NCBI GenBank assembly: GCA_016187365.1
Contig: JACPJX010000024.1
Coordinates: 1 to 36,490, forward strand
Reading direction: 5' to 3'
Length of the DNA: 36,490 bases
Source of the DNA: Candidatus Aenigmatarchaeota archaeon
Lineage (GTDB): Archaea > Aenigmatarchaeota > Aenigmatarchaeia > GW2011-AR5
The stretch's first letter is position 1; the number at the start of each line of letters is the position of its first letter. The notes under the pieces were generated by a model. The model did not search any database and had not been told where the DNA came from. It saw nothing but the letters and a program-made list of their open reading frames with translations. The position numbers and the translations under genes were made by a program. Below are positions 35,162-36,490 of this stretch, one piece after another.

Positions 35162-36102
35162 CCCGCAGATGAATTGATTGATATTTCCCTATTATCCTCA
35201 AGGGATTTATTTGAAAGCTCAATTATTCTCACTATCTCTCTTCCGACCCTGCCATCCATATCCGGATGCACCCCTTTCCTCACGCATTCGAGAAAATACA
35301 GGAGTTCATCCTTCAGTGTATTGTTAGGCACAACAGACATGTCTGTAGAAAGCCTGCTCGAGTTGTCCATTACCTTTATTGTCTGGCTGAGGCAGTCCAC
35401 AAATGCCGTTTTCTCCGAGCCCACGACCGTCATTTTCCTCTCTTTGAGGGGGGTTATCCAACTGAGTTCTATGTTTACAAAAACCCCACCAAGCCTGTAG
35501 TTTATAAAGGCTATTTCATTGTTTTTCTGCCTGAATCCGCCCCCATGGCAGGAAACTTTGCCCGGCGTTTTATTGAATAAATAAAGAATTATATCAAGCG
35601 GATGAGGAGCAAGATCAAAAACTATATCCCTGTCCTCCCATATATTCTCCAAGTTGTTCCATTTTATGTTTACGTTATATATATTTCCAAGATCTTTTTT
35701 ATCCACCATATTCTTCAGGAATTTTACGGCATTATTGTGTCGATATATATGGCCCACGCAAAGTATCTTGCCCATTTTCTCAGAGATGTCGATCAGCTCG
35801 CTGGCATCGCCGGATGACAGCGTCATTGGCTTCTCCAACAGGACGTTTTTTCCCGAAAGCAGAATCTTTTTACAAACGCTGTGGTGGGTATCGTTTGGCG
35901 TGCATATGCTCACAGCTTCTATACCCGTGTTTTCGGCAATAAAATTAATGTCATTGGAGGTCGCGGCCCCGAAGTTCCTCCTGCAGAATTCAAGATTATA
36001 ATGCGAGAGGTCAACGGCTGTTATGTCGTTTATTCCGAGGTTTCTGTATTCGGCGACATGTTTCTTGCCCCAATAACCAACTCCTATGACGCCAACTTTC
36101 AT
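35158..36102 (-). CDS. Gfo/Idh/MocA family NAD(P)-dependent sugar oxidoreductase (WbpB-like)
   Basis: MKVGVIGVGYWGKKHV Rossmann N-terminus and the LLEKPMT signature. Confidence 0.85.
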   Translation of the reverse strand: MKVGVIGVGYWGKKHVAEYRNLGINDITAVDLSHYNLEFCRRNFGAATSNDINFIAENTGIEAVSICTPNDTHHSVCKKILLSGKNVLLEKPMTLSSGDASELIDISEKMGKILCVGHIYRHNNAVKFLKNMVDKKDLGNIYNVNIKWNNLENIWEDRDIVFDLAPHPLDIILYLFNKTPGKVSCHGGGFRQKNNEIAFINYRLGGVFVNIELSWITPLKERKMTVVGSEKTAFVDCLSQTIKVMDNSSRLSTDMSVVPNNTLKDELLYFLECVRKGVHPDMDGRVGREIVRIIELSNKSLEDNREISINSSAG

Positions 36103-36490
36103 GATACCACTTCATTTACGGATTCAGCGACATATCTGGCCTCATCGTTTGTCATAGATGGAAAAATGGGTATTGAAATTATTTTCCGGGCGAATAGTTC
36201 TGCCACCGGAAAGCTGCCGCCAAACCCAAGCCTCATGTAGGCATCCTGCTTATGTATCGGCGTCGGGTAGTGGATTCCGGTGGATATCCCTCCTTCATCG
36301 AGATGCTTTGCCAGAAGATCCCTTTTCTCCGTCTTTATAACAAAAAGATGGTTTGCCGGCCTGCTGCCATCCTGCTCTTTCATGAGGCAGTGCGCCGGGA
36401 GAATATTCCTGTAGATTCTGGCTATGGCCGCCCTTCTGGAATTCCATGCGTCAAGCATCTTAAGCTGCACCCTCCCTATTGCTGCATTGA
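36099..36490 (-). CDS. DegT/DnrJ/EryC1/StrS family aminotransferase, C-terminal part (gene continues beyond the window)
   Basis: The frame is open to nt 36490 (AAIGRVQLKMLD...). GIHYPTPIHKQDAY and ISIPIFPSMT are typical of the family. The stop overlaps the start of the oxidoreductase gene by 4 nt. Confidence 0.85.
   Translation of the reverse strand, partial: NAAIGRVQLKMLDAWNSRRAAIARIYRNILPAHCLMKEQDGSRPANHLFVIKTEKRDLLAKHLDEGGISTGIHYPTPIHKQDAYMRLGFGGSFPVAELFARKIISIPIFPSMTNDEARYVAESVNEVVS

Noticed and set aside
1-36490. Search for CRISPR arrays, tRNA/rRNA genes, IS elements/transposases, integrases, toxin-antitoxin or restriction/defence genes
   Set aside because: I found no regularly spaced direct repeats, no cloverleaf-capable segments in the few intergenic gaps, and no ORF with transposase, integrase, nuclease or ATPase defence-type motifs. 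The only mobile element recognised is the PolB intein.

Overview
Archaeal chromosomal window. I saw no rRNA, tRNA, CRISPR array, IS/transposase or recognisable defence genes. Three blocks. (1) nt 1-9200, housekeeping membrane and lipid genes: MtrA-like protein, Dpm1-like GT2 with a flippase-like membrane protein, geranylgeranyl reductase, SecF/SecD, NAC, TctA-like permease, 2H phosphoesterase, IMPase/CysQ-like phosphatase, and a small histone-fold-like gene missing from the ORF track. (2) nt 9200-23100, a replication module followed by mevalonate genes. On the minus strand the order is ORB/DUE-like origin region, orc1/cdc6, DP1-like small subunit, then an intein-containing family-B DNA polymerase with an extra C-terminal 4-Cys extension, then a 68-aa basic/acidic ORF. 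An origin-adjacent orphan gene follows. The mevalonate genes are HMG-CoA synthase/thiolase/DUF35 and a class II HMG-CoA reductase. (3) nt 23150-36490, a visibly AT-richer, strand-mosaic glycan-biosynthesis island. It holds a PIG-V-like GT-C, GT2, GT4, a Wzx-like flippase, a methyltransferase, a large polytopic protein, a decayed GT2 and an oxidoreductase/aminotransferase pair. It also holds a tightly packed five-gene cassette (pentose-phosphate epimerase, two Zn-ADHs, sugar-phosphate isomerase, nucleotidyltransferase) that looks like a nucleotide-activated alditol pathway. The most unusual signal is the replication module. A PolB sits where DP2 is expected and is translationally coupled to a DP1-like gene whose phosphoesterase motif III looks degenerate, and the PolB carries an added C-terminal zinc-ribbon-like tail. 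Together this resembles the eukaryotic arrangement of a catalytic subunit plus a B-subunit. Lineage guess (inference only): a Thermoplasmata-related or DPANN-type archaeon, based on the class II HMGR and compact genes. All family calls are by-eye motif recognition; no searches were run.
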